From: Patescibacteria group bacterium
GTDB taxonomy: Bacteria > Patescibacteriota > Patescibacteriia > Patescibacteriales > JAQTRU01
Direction of reading: 5' to 3'
Assembly: GCA_028716725.1 (NCBI GenBank)
Contig: JAQUPG010000002.1
Location: 25,824 to 89,823, forward strand
DNA: 64,000 nt
In this document: positions 8,900 to 17,505 of the stretch, piece by piece
Position numbering within the stretch: position 1 is the stretch's first letter
How the letters are laid out: each line of letters begins with the position of its first letter
Notes under the pieces: generated by a model
The model's database searches: none
What the model was told of the DNA's origin: nothing
Seen by the model: only the letters and a program-made list of their open reading frames with translations
Position numbers and translations under genes: made by a program

Positions 8900-10642
8900 C
8901 TAACTTCTCTTTCTATAACTAGTATGCAGCACTTTATGTTCCAATTTACCCTGGCCTTCTAACCATTTTAAAACTTCTAAAACCCCCTTATTCTCATGGG
9001 CTTTTCTTATTTTTTTGCTTTTATCCAGCTTATACAAAGCAGCCGTTCTTTTTTTTCTGATTTCATCCGTGGTCGGAATCGGCTGGCCTCCCCCGCCAAT
9101 ACAACCGCCCGGACAGGCCATTACTTCAATATAGTCGTATTTATTTAGATTGGCTATGACCGGTTCTATATTGCCGATGCCGTTAACGACCGCCACTCTT
9201 AATTTTTTACCGGCCACGGGCACAATCGTTTCTTTCACCCCGTCCAGTCCGCGCACTTCTTTAAAATCAAGCCGGGTCGGGCAAATTTTTCTTTTATTTT
9301 TTCCGCAAGCTAAAAATTGGGCGGTGCGCAAGGCCGATTCCATCACTCCACCGCTGCCGCCGTAAATAACTCCGGCACCGCTATATTCCCCTAAAATATC
9401 ATCGGCTTTGGTCGGTTTTAATTTGGGGAAATTAATACGGTTCTTTTTTAAAAGCCAGGCCAGCTCCCTGGTGGTCAAAACGTAATCTACCGGGAAAAAT
9501 CCCTTTACTTTTAGTTCCGGACGCGTGGCCTCAAATTTTTTGGCGGTGCAAGGCATTACGGAAACGACTACAATATCTTTAGGGTTAATATTCATCTTAT
9601 CCGCCCAATAAGTTTTTACTATCCCGCCGAGATGAACATGGGGGCTACGGGCCGTAGTTAAATTGGGAATTAATTCCGGATGGTAAAACTCAACATATTT
9701 TACCCAAGCCGGGCAACAGGAGGTTATCATCGGCAACCTCTCCTCCCTTCCCCCTCCCCTAATTAGGGGAGGGTGGGGTGAGGTCTTTATTCGTTTCAAC
9801 AATTCTTCTGCTTCCACCATAGTCGTAACATCAGCCCCGAAACTAACATCAAAAATATAATTAAAACCAAGTTCTTTCAGGCCGGACACGATTTGACCGG
9901 TTAAAATTTCGCCATAAGCTAAATTAAATTCCTCGCCGATGCTTACCCGAATAGAAGGAGCAAATTGGGCGACAACAACTTTATTTTTGTTTTTCAGGGC
10001 TCTCTCCACCATTTCCCACTGGCTTTGTTCCTGGGCCGCCCCGACCGGGCAATGGACCGCGCATTGCCCGCAATAAATACAATCGATTTTTTTATCTTTA
10101 GTCGGCACTATCTCCTGGTCAATTCCCTTACCCTTCAACTCCAAATAATTAATATTTTGCAGAAGCGAACAGGCATCAAGGCAATTGCGGCAATCTATGC
10201 ATTGCGTGCCATCAATTTCCACGGCGTTGGCAAATTTATAAATTTTTCTTTTCCCCTTTCGGTCAGGAAAACGCTTTATTTCAATTTTATACCTTTCCGC
10301 CAAATCCAAAAGGCCACAATGCACATTCCAAATGCAAGTCGGGCATTTTTCAATATGTTCGGCAAAAATCAACTCAATATTTAAATTGCGCGATTTTTTA
10401 ACTCTTTCCGTATCAGTCCATATTTCCATGCCTTCCGCCACTGCCTTTTTGCAGGCTAGGGAAAGTTTTTTTCCTCCTTTAATCTCCACGACACAAATCC
10501 GGCAATTGCCTTTAATCGGAAAATCTGGATGGTGACAAAGTCCGGGAATGAATATCCCGTTTTCCCGCGCTACCTCCATGATAGTTCTACCGGGCAAACA
10601 ATTTATTTTTTTTCCGTTAATTTTTATTTCAATCTTTTTCAT
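8900..10642 (-). CDS. hydA: [FeFe]-hydrogenase catalytic subunit HydA (N-terminal 2Fe-2S and 4Fe-4S domains plus H-cluster domain)
   Basis: H-cluster motifs L1 TSCCPAW, L2 MPCTAKKFE and L3 EVMACPGGCIGGGGQP. N-terminal 2Fe-2S ferredoxin fold plus CxxCxxC clusters. Confidence 0.85.
   Translation of the reverse strand: MKKIEIKINGKKINCLPGRTIMEVARENGIFIPGLCHHPDFPIKGNCRICVVEIKGGKKLSLACKKAVAEGMEIWTDTERVKKSRNLNIELIFAEHIEKCPTCIWNVHCGLLDLAERYKIEIKRFPDRKGKRKIYKFANAVEIDGTQCIDCRNCLDACSLLQNINYLELKGKGIDQEIVPTKDKKIDCIYCGQCAVHCPVGAAQEQSQWEMVERALKNKNKVVVAQFAPSIRVSIGEEFNLAYGEILTGQIVSGLKELGFNYIFDVSFGADVTTMVEAEELLKRIKTSPHPPLIRGGGREERLPMITSCCPAWVKYVEFYHPELIPNLTTARSPHVHLGGIVKTYWADKMNINPKDIVVVSVMPCTAKKFEATRPELKVKGFFPVDYVLTTRELAWLLKKNRINFPKLKPTKADDILGEYSGAGVIYGGSGGVMESALRTAQFLACGKNKRKICPTRLDFKEVRGLDGVKETIVPVAGKKLRVAVVNGIGNIEPVIANLNKYDYIEVMACPGGCIGGGGQPIPTTDEIRKKRTAALYKLDKSKKIRKAHENKGVLEVLKWLEGQGKLEHKVLHTSYRKRS
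9737..9784. repeat. GC-rich palindromic repeat inserted in frame within hydA
   Basis: cctctcctcccttccccctcccctaattaggggagggtggggtgaggt. It encodes PHPPLIRGGGREER just upstream of the L1 motif and is a near-copy of the intergenic palindromes at 4812 and 39511. Confidence 0.6.
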
Positions 10643-11001
10643 AAACTCATTTGTTCATTTAACCAGCCCATAATAATTCCAACAATATAATCAACTTCTT
10701 CCTTTCTTAATTCCCGCCCAGCTTCTATTTTGTGCCATTTCGATAAACAGCCACGGCAACAGGTAGCAGTCGCATGCTGGGCAACAAATACCGGGTGCCC
10801 CCTCATGGGCGTTTGCTTGCCGTCATTTTTCGGATTAGTCGGAGCCAAACGATCTGCGATAAAATCATAAGCATGCTGCCGAATAATATTTTCACCCTTA
10901 TCCTCAAAATATTCTCTTTCTTTCTCTTTTAACTTAAAGCCTGACCTAAACTTTGATTTTTGCAACCGCGCTTTTATTTTCTCCCATCTTTCATTATTCA
11001 T
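10639..11001 (-). CDS. hypothetical Cys-containing protein (HATATCCRGC motif) between hydB and hydA
   Basis: 120 aa, translationally coupled on both sides (ATGA overlap with hydA, 3-nt gap to hydB). Not NuoE-like. Confidence 0.45.
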   Translation of the reverse strand: MNNERWEKIKARLQKSKFRSGFKLKEKEREYFEDKGENIIRQHAYDFIADRLAPTNPKNDGKQTPMRGHPVFVAQHATATCCRGCLSKWHKIEAGRELRKEEVDYIVGIIMGWLNEQMSL

Positions 11002-11004
11002 AAG

Positions 11005-12051
11005 TCATCTAAAACATTCACAAATCGTTTTCTTATCTAGCTTTCTTAAGTTTATTTTACTGGCTGGCATCTTAACCAAAACGTTATTCAGGTATGATTT
11101 AATCGGCACTGGCACTACGATGCCCAAACCGCAGAAAGCTATTTCTTCTAAATTAGTAAGTAACTCAGAAAAAAGCTGCCAATCCGGATTAGGCAAATCC
11201 ATCATTTCCCTTAAGCGATAAACCCCCTCCCGGCAGGGCGTGCATTTTCCGCAGGATTCGTTAAGAAAGAAATCAAGCCAGCTTTTGATTAAGTTCTCTG
11301 GCTTGTGCTTCATCATGCTGTAAACGGTAATTGAACCGGCTCCGCTTACTGGCTGCCTTAATTGCCTGCTTCCCAAAACTTCTCCTGAGGCTTCTCCGCC
11401 CACCTGGACAAAAAAAGGAAACCTCGGGTAATTCTTAGTTTCCTTTAATATTTTTTCAATTGTCCAATTATCCGGAAAGAGAAAAACGCCGGTCCATAAA
11501 CAATCGCCGCTGATTGTATAAAATCTTTCTTTTTTATACTGATTCAGAGCCACTAAACTTACATTATAAAAAGTTTCTACGTTATTAATTAAAGTTGGGC
11601 AACCCCATAAACCACTAGTTTGCGGAAAGGGAGGACGTAGTCTTGGCTCGATCCGTTTGCCCTCAATGGCATTAAGCATTGAGCTTTCCTCTCCGCCGAT
11701 ATAACCACTCTCAATCGGTTTTATAAAAAATTCAATTGGCGCTTTATCTATTATCTTAATTAAATTTTTACTGAATTTTTTATGGTAATTATGATTTATA
11801 TAAATATAAGCCTTTTTGGCTTTTAAAAAATCAATGGCTATTTTTATGCCACCAATCACTTTTTCGGGAAAATTTTCTAAGATATAGCTGTCCTTGGCTA
11901 CTCCCGGCTCCCCTTCGGAAGCGTTGCAGACTACGTATTTCTTCGCGCCCTTGGCTTTCTTAACCGCCTTCCATTTGTCTGCTACCGGGAAACTAGCTCC
12001 GCCCCGGCCCACTAAACCAGCTTTTTTAATTTTAACCAAGATATCCATCAA
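11005..12051 (-). CDS. hydB: NuoF-like NADH-binding flavoprotein subunit of hydrogenase (HydB)
   Basis: GRGGASFPVADKW, NASEGEPGVAKD (FMN site), GGEESSMLNAIEG (NADH site) and ESCGKCTPCREG (4Fe-4S). Confidence 0.8.
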   Translation of the reverse strand: MMDILVKIKKAGLVGRGGASFPVADKWKAVKKAKGAKKYVVCNASEGEPGVAKDSYILENFPEKVIGGIKIAIDFLKAKKAYIYINHNYHKKFSKNLIKIIDKAPIEFFIKPIESGYIGGEESSMLNAIEGKRIEPRLRPPFPQTSGLWGCPTLINNVETFYNVSLVALNQYKKERFYTISGDCLWTGVFLFPDNWTIEKILKETKNYPRFPFFVQVGGEASGEVLGSRQLRQPVSGAGSITVYSMMKHKPENLIKSWLDFFLNESCGKCTPCREGVYRLREMMDLPNPDWQLFSELLTNLEEIAFCGLGIVVPVPIKSYLNNVLVKMPASKINLRKLDKKTICECFR

Positions 12052-12056
12052 CTAAT

Positions 12057-12085
12057 TTTCAATTTTCAATTTTCAATTTTCAATT
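12057..12085. repeat. (CAATTTT)x4 tandem repeat in the AT-rich region upstream of the hyd operon
   Basis: caattttcaattttcaattttcaatt read directly. Confidence 0.6.
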
Positions 12086-12165
12086 ATTTGAAAATTAAAA
12101 AATTAAAAATTGTTTGAAAATTAAAAATTAAGAATTAAACATTCTTATTAATCCTAATAAAAAAT

Positions 12166-13203
12166 TTAAATTAACCTTTTCTTCCCTATATATTCGCACA
12201 ATTCGGCAAGCCGGCAGGAGTATCCCCATTCATTATCGTACCAGGCCACGATTTTGACTAAATCCCCGCCAATTACCTTGGTCAGGGATAAATCTACAAT
12301 CGCGCTAGCCGGATTGCCGATAAAATCCGAGGAAACCAACGGCTCTTCGGTGATTTCTAAAATATTTTTATATTTAGCGCTTCGGGAAAACTTTTTTAAA
12401 ATCTGGTTTACCTTTTTTTCTTCCGTTTTTTTACTGGTTATAAAAACAATATCACATAAGGAAACTACGGGTGTCGGCACCCTTATGGCCAGACCGTCGA
12501 ATTTTCCGGCCAAAGAGGGAATAGTTTTGGTTGTAGCAATGGCCGCCCCCGTCGTGGTCGGGACAATATTGGCCGCGGCTGCCCGGGCCCGGCGTAAATC
12601 TTTATGCGGCCCGTCCACGATATTTTGGTCGGCCGTATAAGAATGGACCGTAGTCATAATCGCTTTTTTAATTCCAAAATTCTGCCGGATTATATCAACC
12701 ACCGGCGCCAAGCAATTAGTCGTGCAGGAAGCCATGGAAATAACCTTATCGCCTTTACTTATTTTATTTTCGTTAACTCCCAAAACAATTGTTTTTACAT
12801 TTTCCGATTTAGCCGGCGCAGAAATTATAACTTTCTTCGCCCCGGCTTTTATGTGCGCCGCCGCTTCCTCTTTTTTTGTAAACCGGCCGGTGCATTCGAG
12901 GACTATATCCACATTTAACTCGCGCCAGGGCAGTTTAGCCGGATCTTTTTCCGCCAGCACCTTGTATTTCTTCCCGGCCACAATCAAATCATCGCCTTTA
13001 AAGCCGACGCTTGATTTATACTCTCCATAGCAAGTATCATGCTTTAATAAATAGGCCAAAGTCCTGACATCGGTCAGGTCATTTATGGCAACAATTTTAT
13101 TTTTAGACTTTTGCGCTAAAAAAGCCTTAAAGGTGTTTCGGCCAATTCTCCCGAACCCATTAACCGCAATGTTCACCCCGTTAGATATTTTTATATTTTT
13201 CAT
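12166..13203 (-). CDS. gap: glyceraldehyde-3-phosphate dehydrogenase (type I)
   Basis: NGFGRIGR Rossmann motif and the ASCTTNCLAP active-site Cys region. Confidence 0.9.
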   Translation of the reverse strand: MKNIKISNGVNIAVNGFGRIGRNTFKAFLAQKSKNKIVAINDLTDVRTLAYLLKHDTCYGEYKSSVGFKGDDLIVAGKKYKVLAEKDPAKLPWRELNVDIVLECTGRFTKKEEAAAHIKAGAKKVIISAPAKSENVKTIVLGVNENKISKGDKVISMASCTTNCLAPVVDIIRQNFGIKKAIMTTVHSYTADQNIVDGPHKDLRRARAAAANIVPTTTGAAIATTKTIPSLAGKFDGLAIRVPTPVVSLCDIVFITSKKTEEKKVNQILKKFSRSAKYKNILEITEEPLVSSDFIGNPASAIVDLSLTKVIGGDLVKIVAWYDNEWGYSCRLAELCEYIGKKRLI

Positions 13204-13347
13204 ATATTTTTTATGACCCCCGCTAAATTCAAATATCCAACGGGGTCCATATGTTTTTTATTTTTAATAATTATATAAATATTATAGCATAAAATAAAAA
13301 GAAATAAAAAAATACCCTGTTTTCACAAAGTATTTTTTATATACCAA

Positions 13348-14211
13348 TTATTTTTTCTTATTTCTATTTAAATCAACCTCTACAATACCGCCCTCTTCTC
13401 CCTTCTCTCCCGGAAACTGTACCCTTACCGATTGTTTTAGGATATGGTGCCCAACTACCGTTCCCCTTTTCCCGTCAACGTTTACCTTTGTCCCGAGGGG
13501 CGGCATATTCTTGGCTAACTCTTCATAGCCCTTTTCCTCAAAAGCCAGGCAGCACATTAAGCGACCGCACATGCCGGAAATGCGCTCACTGCCGCGGTGG
13601 ACGACCTGCTGGACTTCGGCCATTTCCGAAGTTATGGAAGCCAAATCCCCCAAAAACCTTTTGCAGCATAATTGCCGGCCGCAGGGCCCGTAATCGCCTT
13701 TTATTTTAGCTTCATCCCTGATGCCGATTTGATACAGCCTTATGGTTTTATTAAAATGACGGGTTAAATCTTTCACTAATTCCCGGAAATCAACCCGGCC
13801 GTCGGCAATAAAAGCAAAAGTGACTTTCGAGCCGTCAAAAGAAAAATTGACGTCAACCAGCTTCATTTCCAGCTGATTTTTTTCTACCATCTTCCGGCAG
13901 TATTCCAGAGCTTCTTCTTTATCTTTAGAACTGGCCCTTTTTCCCAAATCAAGGGGAGTGGCTTTTCGTATTATCGGCTTTATTGCCTTTTTGGTTTCCT
14001 GGTTTTTTTCTTCCTCCCCGCTCTCTTTATCGGGAATTTTCTCCTCAACCAACTCCGTCTCTTCAGCTTCGGCAAAGCCGACAACTTTCCCGATTTCCAT
14101 GCCCAAATCAGTCTTAACGATGACATTATCGCCCAAAACCAGAGTTAAATCGGCCTGGTCAAAATTATAAATTTTATCCCAGGGGGCAAATTGTACTTGG
14201 ACCATCTTCAT
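13348..14211 (-). CDS. ricT: PSP1-domain protein RicT/YaaT family
   Basis: MKLVDV...DGRVDFRELVKDL...IGIRDEAK...GPCGRQLCC...GMCGRLMCCLAFE matches the RicT core. Carries an acidic insertion in the N-terminal half. Confidence 0.8.
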   Translation of the reverse strand: MKMVQVQFAPWDKIYNFDQADLTLVLGDNVIVKTDLGMEIGKVVGFAEAEETELVEEKIPDKESGEEEKNQETKKAIKPIIRKATPLDLGKRASSKDKEEALEYCRKMVEKNQLEMKLVDVNFSFDGSKVTFAFIADGRVDFRELVKDLTRHFNKTIRLYQIGIRDEAKIKGDYGPCGRQLCCKRFLGDLASITSEMAEVQQVVHRGSERISGMCGRLMCCLAFEEKGYEELAKNMPPLGTKVNVDGKRGTVVGHHILKQSVRVQFPGEKGEEGGIVEVDLNRNKKK

Positions 14212-14224
14212 ATAATCGGAAAAA

Positions 14225-15031
14225 TTACAGGCTGTATCTTAAAAATTTTTCTACTTTTACCTCGCCTAAAATATCTTTCACTTTCTTTTTGTCGTCCTTT
14301 ATATATTCCTGTTCGAGAAGGCAAACTTCCTCAAAATATTTGTCTAATTTCCCGGCAATTATTTTTTCCATTATCGGTTCGGGCTTGCCTTCTTTCGCTA
14401 AATTCTCCCGGTAAATTTCCTTCTCTTTCTCTACCTCCTCCGGCAATACCTGCTCCCGGTTCAAATAACGGGGACTGGCCGCAACCACCTGCATGGCCAT
14501 ATCTTTGGCCAGCTCGTTCTCTCCGGCTTTATCTAAACTCAATAAAACCCCAATCCGACCGGCCGCATGGGAATAAGCCGCCACGCAAGCGCCGGTTAAG
14601 ACGGCAAACCTTTTAATCCCTAATTTTTCTCCGATCGTGCCGCTTAAGCTATCCAAACTCTCTTTTACCGTCCCTCCGTCCATCGTTTGATTCATAAGTT
14701 CATCCAAATCTTTCGGTTTATTATTCTTAACCACATTAAATACCGCCTCAGCCAATTTTTGGAATTTTTCATTACGGGCGACAAAGTCAGTTTCCGAATT
14801 GATTTCTAAAATATAGCCCTCATCGCCGGCATCGTTAGCCGCCACTAAAACTATGCCTTCGCCGGCCTCCCGCTCGCTTCTTTTAGCCGCCTTGGCTATT
14901 CCTTTCTTTCTTAAAATTTCGACTGCTTTCTCTATGTCGCCTCCGGATTCTTCCAAGGCTTTTTTGCAGTCAACCATACCGGCCCCGGTTCTTTCGCGGA
15001 GCTGTTTTATATCCTCCATTTTTATTTCCAT
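14225..15031 (-). CDS. tsf: elongation factor Ts
   Basis: LRERTGAGMVDCKKAL UBA-like N-terminus and EF-Ts core. Confidence 0.9.
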   Translation of the reverse strand: MEIKMEDIKQLRERTGAGMVDCKKALEESGGDIEKAVEILRKKGIAKAAKRSEREAGEGIVLVAANDAGDEGYILEINSETDFVARNEKFQKLAEAVFNVVKNNKPKDLDELMNQTMDGGTVKESLDSLSGTIGEKLGIKRFAVLTGACVAAYSHAAGRIGVLLSLDKAGENELAKDMAMQVVAASPRYLNREQVLPEEVEKEKEIYRENLAKEGKPEPIMEKIIAGKLDKYFEEVCLLEQEYIKDDKKKVKDILGEVKVEKFLRYSL

Positions 15032-15053
15032 ACTATTTAAAATATTAAATTTA

Positions 15054-15758
15054 TTAATTTTTATCTTTTTCCGCTTCTTTTTTCCCCTCCTCTATTGCCT
15101 CCTTAACTGAAGCAAGAATTAACTTTATTGTTTTTGTCGCGTCATCATTGGCTGGGATAATATAATTAACCGGCTCGGGATTGACGTTTGTGTCGCAGAT
15201 GGCGATAATCGGAATATTTTTTTTCCTGGCTTCCTCAACCGCGGTTTTCTCTTTTTTAATATCCCAGACAAACAAAGCATCAGGCAGCTTATTTAACCCG
15301 ACCAAACCTCCGACTTTTATTTCCAACCGGCCGATTTCCTTATCAAAGTCCACCCTTTCTTTCTTGGTATACTTTTCCAATTTTCCCGTTTTTCTTTTAT
15401 CAACCAGATCCTGGTATTTTTTTATCGTTTTTTTAATAATGTAAAAATTAGTCAGGCATCCGCCCAGCCATTTTTCCGAAACATAAGGCATGCCGGTCTC
15501 CTCGGCCATTTTCTTCAAGGGGATTTTTACCTGATTCTTGGTCCCGACAAATAGGACCACTTTGCCTTCGCTAACCATTTTTTTTATAAAATTCAAAGCC
15601 GCTTCCAGCATTTTTTGCGTCTTTGTCAAATCAATGACATAAACGCCTTTTCTGGAAGTAAAAATAAACGGCTTCATTTTCGGATGCCAGCGGCTGGTGT
15701 GATGCCCGAAGTGCATGCCCGCCTTAAGCATCTCTTCTAAACTTGGAATCTTTACCAT
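15054..15758 (-). CDS. rpsB: 30S ribosomal protein S2
   Basis: MVKIPSLEEMLKAGMHFGHHTSRWHPKM. I moved the start from the track's 15866 to the internal Met at 15758 by comparison with S2 N-termini. Confidence 0.9.
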   Translation of the reverse strand: MVKIPSLEEMLKAGMHFGHHTSRWHPKMKPFIFTSRKGVYVIDLTKTQKMLEAALNFIKKMVSEGKVVLFVGTKNQVKIPLKKMAEETGMPYVSEKWLGGCLTNFYIIKKTIKKYQDLVDKRKTGKLEKYTKKERVDFDKEIGRLEIKVGGLVGLNKLPDALFVWDIKKEKTAVEEARKKNIPIIAICDTNVNPEPVNYIIPANDDATKTIKLILASVKEAIEEGKKEAEKDKN

Positions 15759-15795
15759 AATTTTCTTTTTTGCCTCTATTCTGCAAAAATCCCGA

Positions 15796-15811
15796 TCCCG
15801 AGTACTCGGGA
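15796..15811. promoter_or_regulatory. perfect 16-nt palindrome tcccgagtactcggga in the rpsB-tsf leader
   Basis: Exact self-complementary sequence about 40 nt upstream of the rpsB start. Candidate operator or leader structure. Confidence 0.3.
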
Positions 15812-15858
15812 GGGACAAAGAAAAATTAGCAGAATATGAGAGATTATTAAATAATAAA

Positions 15859-15908
15859 CCCCGCACCTTTTGGATTGGGTATTAATCCCCGCCCAAAAAG
15901 GTGCGGGG
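15859..15908 (-). terminator. 13-bp stem hairpin (ccccgcacctttt ... aaaaggtgcgggg) between lepB and rpsB
   Basis: Perfect inverted repeat with a GC-rich loop, downstream of the lepB stop. Confidence 0.5.
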
Positions 15909-15992
15909 TAAATAAAAAATGGCTATTCGCCATATAAATAAACTATAACATTTTAGTTTTTATGTCAAGCAATATGCAATATGCGACACAAA

Positions 15993-16553
15993 TTATGGGG
16001 CAACAAATTTCCCCACAAAATCATTTGCCGACACAGCTCCGAATTTCCGGGAATCGGCTGAATCGCCGATATTATCTCCGAAAATCAAAAATGAATTTGG
16101 CGGGATGTGCCCGTCTTTTATATATAAATCCATTATCTTTATTTCTTTTTCCGCAAATGTATATTCCTGCCCGGTGGAATTTTCCATAATTTCATCATTT
16201 ATTTTTAATCGGCCGCCGAAAATTTCCACTTTATCAGCGCTAGTGGCCCTGACAATCTTTATCAGGGGATTTTTATGGCCTCCGTAATTATAGGCGATAA
16301 CATCGCCTCTTTTCACGGAGTAGCCGCATTTATAATAATTTTCCAGCAGTATTATCTCCTCCCCATTGGCTATCATCGGCGCCATGGAATCGCCCTGAAT
16401 TATTTTTTCTTCTTTCTGAAAACAGCCGGATATGTCCGGCGCTTGGTTTGTTTTTATTTTTTTATAACTAAAAAAAATATAGGATGAGATAAACAGAATA
16501 AAAAATAAAAACAAAAATATTGCTATTTTATAAAATTTTTTAATATCTCCCAT
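15993..16553 (-). CDS. lepB: signal peptidase I
   Basis: N-terminal TM, catalytic Ser in the GDSMAPMI box, Lys in the KRGDVIAY box, and GDNIGDSADSR. Confidence 0.8.
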   Translation of the reverse strand: MGDIKKFYKIAIFLFLFFILFISSYIFFSYKKIKTNQAPDISGCFQKEEKIIQGDSMAPMIANGEEIILLENYYKCGYSVKRGDVIAYNYGGHKNPLIKIVRATSADKVEIFGGRLKINDEIMENSTGQEYTFAEKEIKIMDLYIKDGHIPPNSFLIFGDNIGDSADSRKFGAVSANDFVGKFVAP

Positions 16554-16565
16554 CTTTAAAAAAAT

Positions 16566-17341
16566 TTAATTACTGCAACATAATAGCGGGTAAGCGGAGG
16601 AATAGCAATCCACAGTCTGATAAATAAAACCGTTGTTCGTCCACTTGGCGATTGTCCCGTAATGGCCAGGTCCGGCATAAACCTCAAGTTTATAATCATT
16701 GCAGTCCGCCCCCTCCACATTAGCTACCATGTTTTTACCGGTTCTGACCCAGCCCCCTAAAGTAATGTTAGAATTATAAACAAAATACGTCGGGTCAAAT
16801 CTGCGACCTATAAATTCTTCGACATTGCATAAATGGTAACCGGTAAAATAATTCTCACAGGCATATTTGGCAAAAAATCCGTAGATTTGGCTGCTATTGC
16901 CCATCATATACGTTCCTGCTCCTCCGCCGTCAGCGGTAGCGACGGCATTATCCATATATGCCTTAGTTGTTAAATTATTAGCTGCCGTCGGAGCCGCCGC
17001 ACTAATATTCCCGGTAGCACTGATATTGCTAGAAGCATTAATACTTGAAGCATTGATATTCCCGGCCACATCCAATTTAGCCGCCGGGTTCGCGGTACCG
17101 ATTCCGACATTCCCATACTGGACAATTAAGACATTTTCCGCCTCAAAATCAGTACTTAAAATTAACCCGCCTATCTTACTTGTCCGGTAGCGCCCCTATT
17201 AATCGGGGTGGCAATATTACCTTCCGGAGGATTTCCGGCCGGAGCGGTCCAGGCAGCCAAAAGAGAGCCCAGGGAAATAGATAACCCCAAGGTTAGGATA
17301 ATGGAGAATATTAATATTAGAGAAAATTTTCGGGCAAGCAT
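16566..17341 (-). pseudogene. secreted Cys-rich protein split into two frames: a signal-peptide ORF (17171..17341) and a body ORF (16566..~17195)
   Basis: The upstream 56-aa ORF is a pure signal peptide (MLARKFSLILIFSIILTLGLSIS...) ending at TAG. The frame shifted by one stays open from 17195 and continues into the 169-aa track ORF, which has no leader of its own. The two frames overlap by 25 nt. Confidence 0.4.
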
Positions 17342-17505
17342 GGGGAATTATTTTACAATTTTTAATTTTGTAATTTTTAAATAAACCTTAATTCCCAATT
17401 TTTGAAAATTAGGTCATTAAAAATTGATTAAAAATTTAAAATCGAGAATTGAAAATTCCTATTGTTATTATACCACAAAAAAGATAAATAAACAAAATAC
17501 CACCC

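Noticed and set aside
12057-12085. The heptamer tandem repeat caatttt x4 as a phase-variation switch
   Set aside because: It lies in an intergenic AT-rich promoter region, not in a CDS. It could modulate promoter spacing, but there is no direct evidence, so I kept it only as a repeat feature.
15759-15866. N-terminal 36-aa extension of rpsB proposed by the ORF track
   Set aside because: S2 proteins begin at the conserved MVKIPS...AGMHFGH segment. The extension covers the leader palindrome and has no RBS logic.
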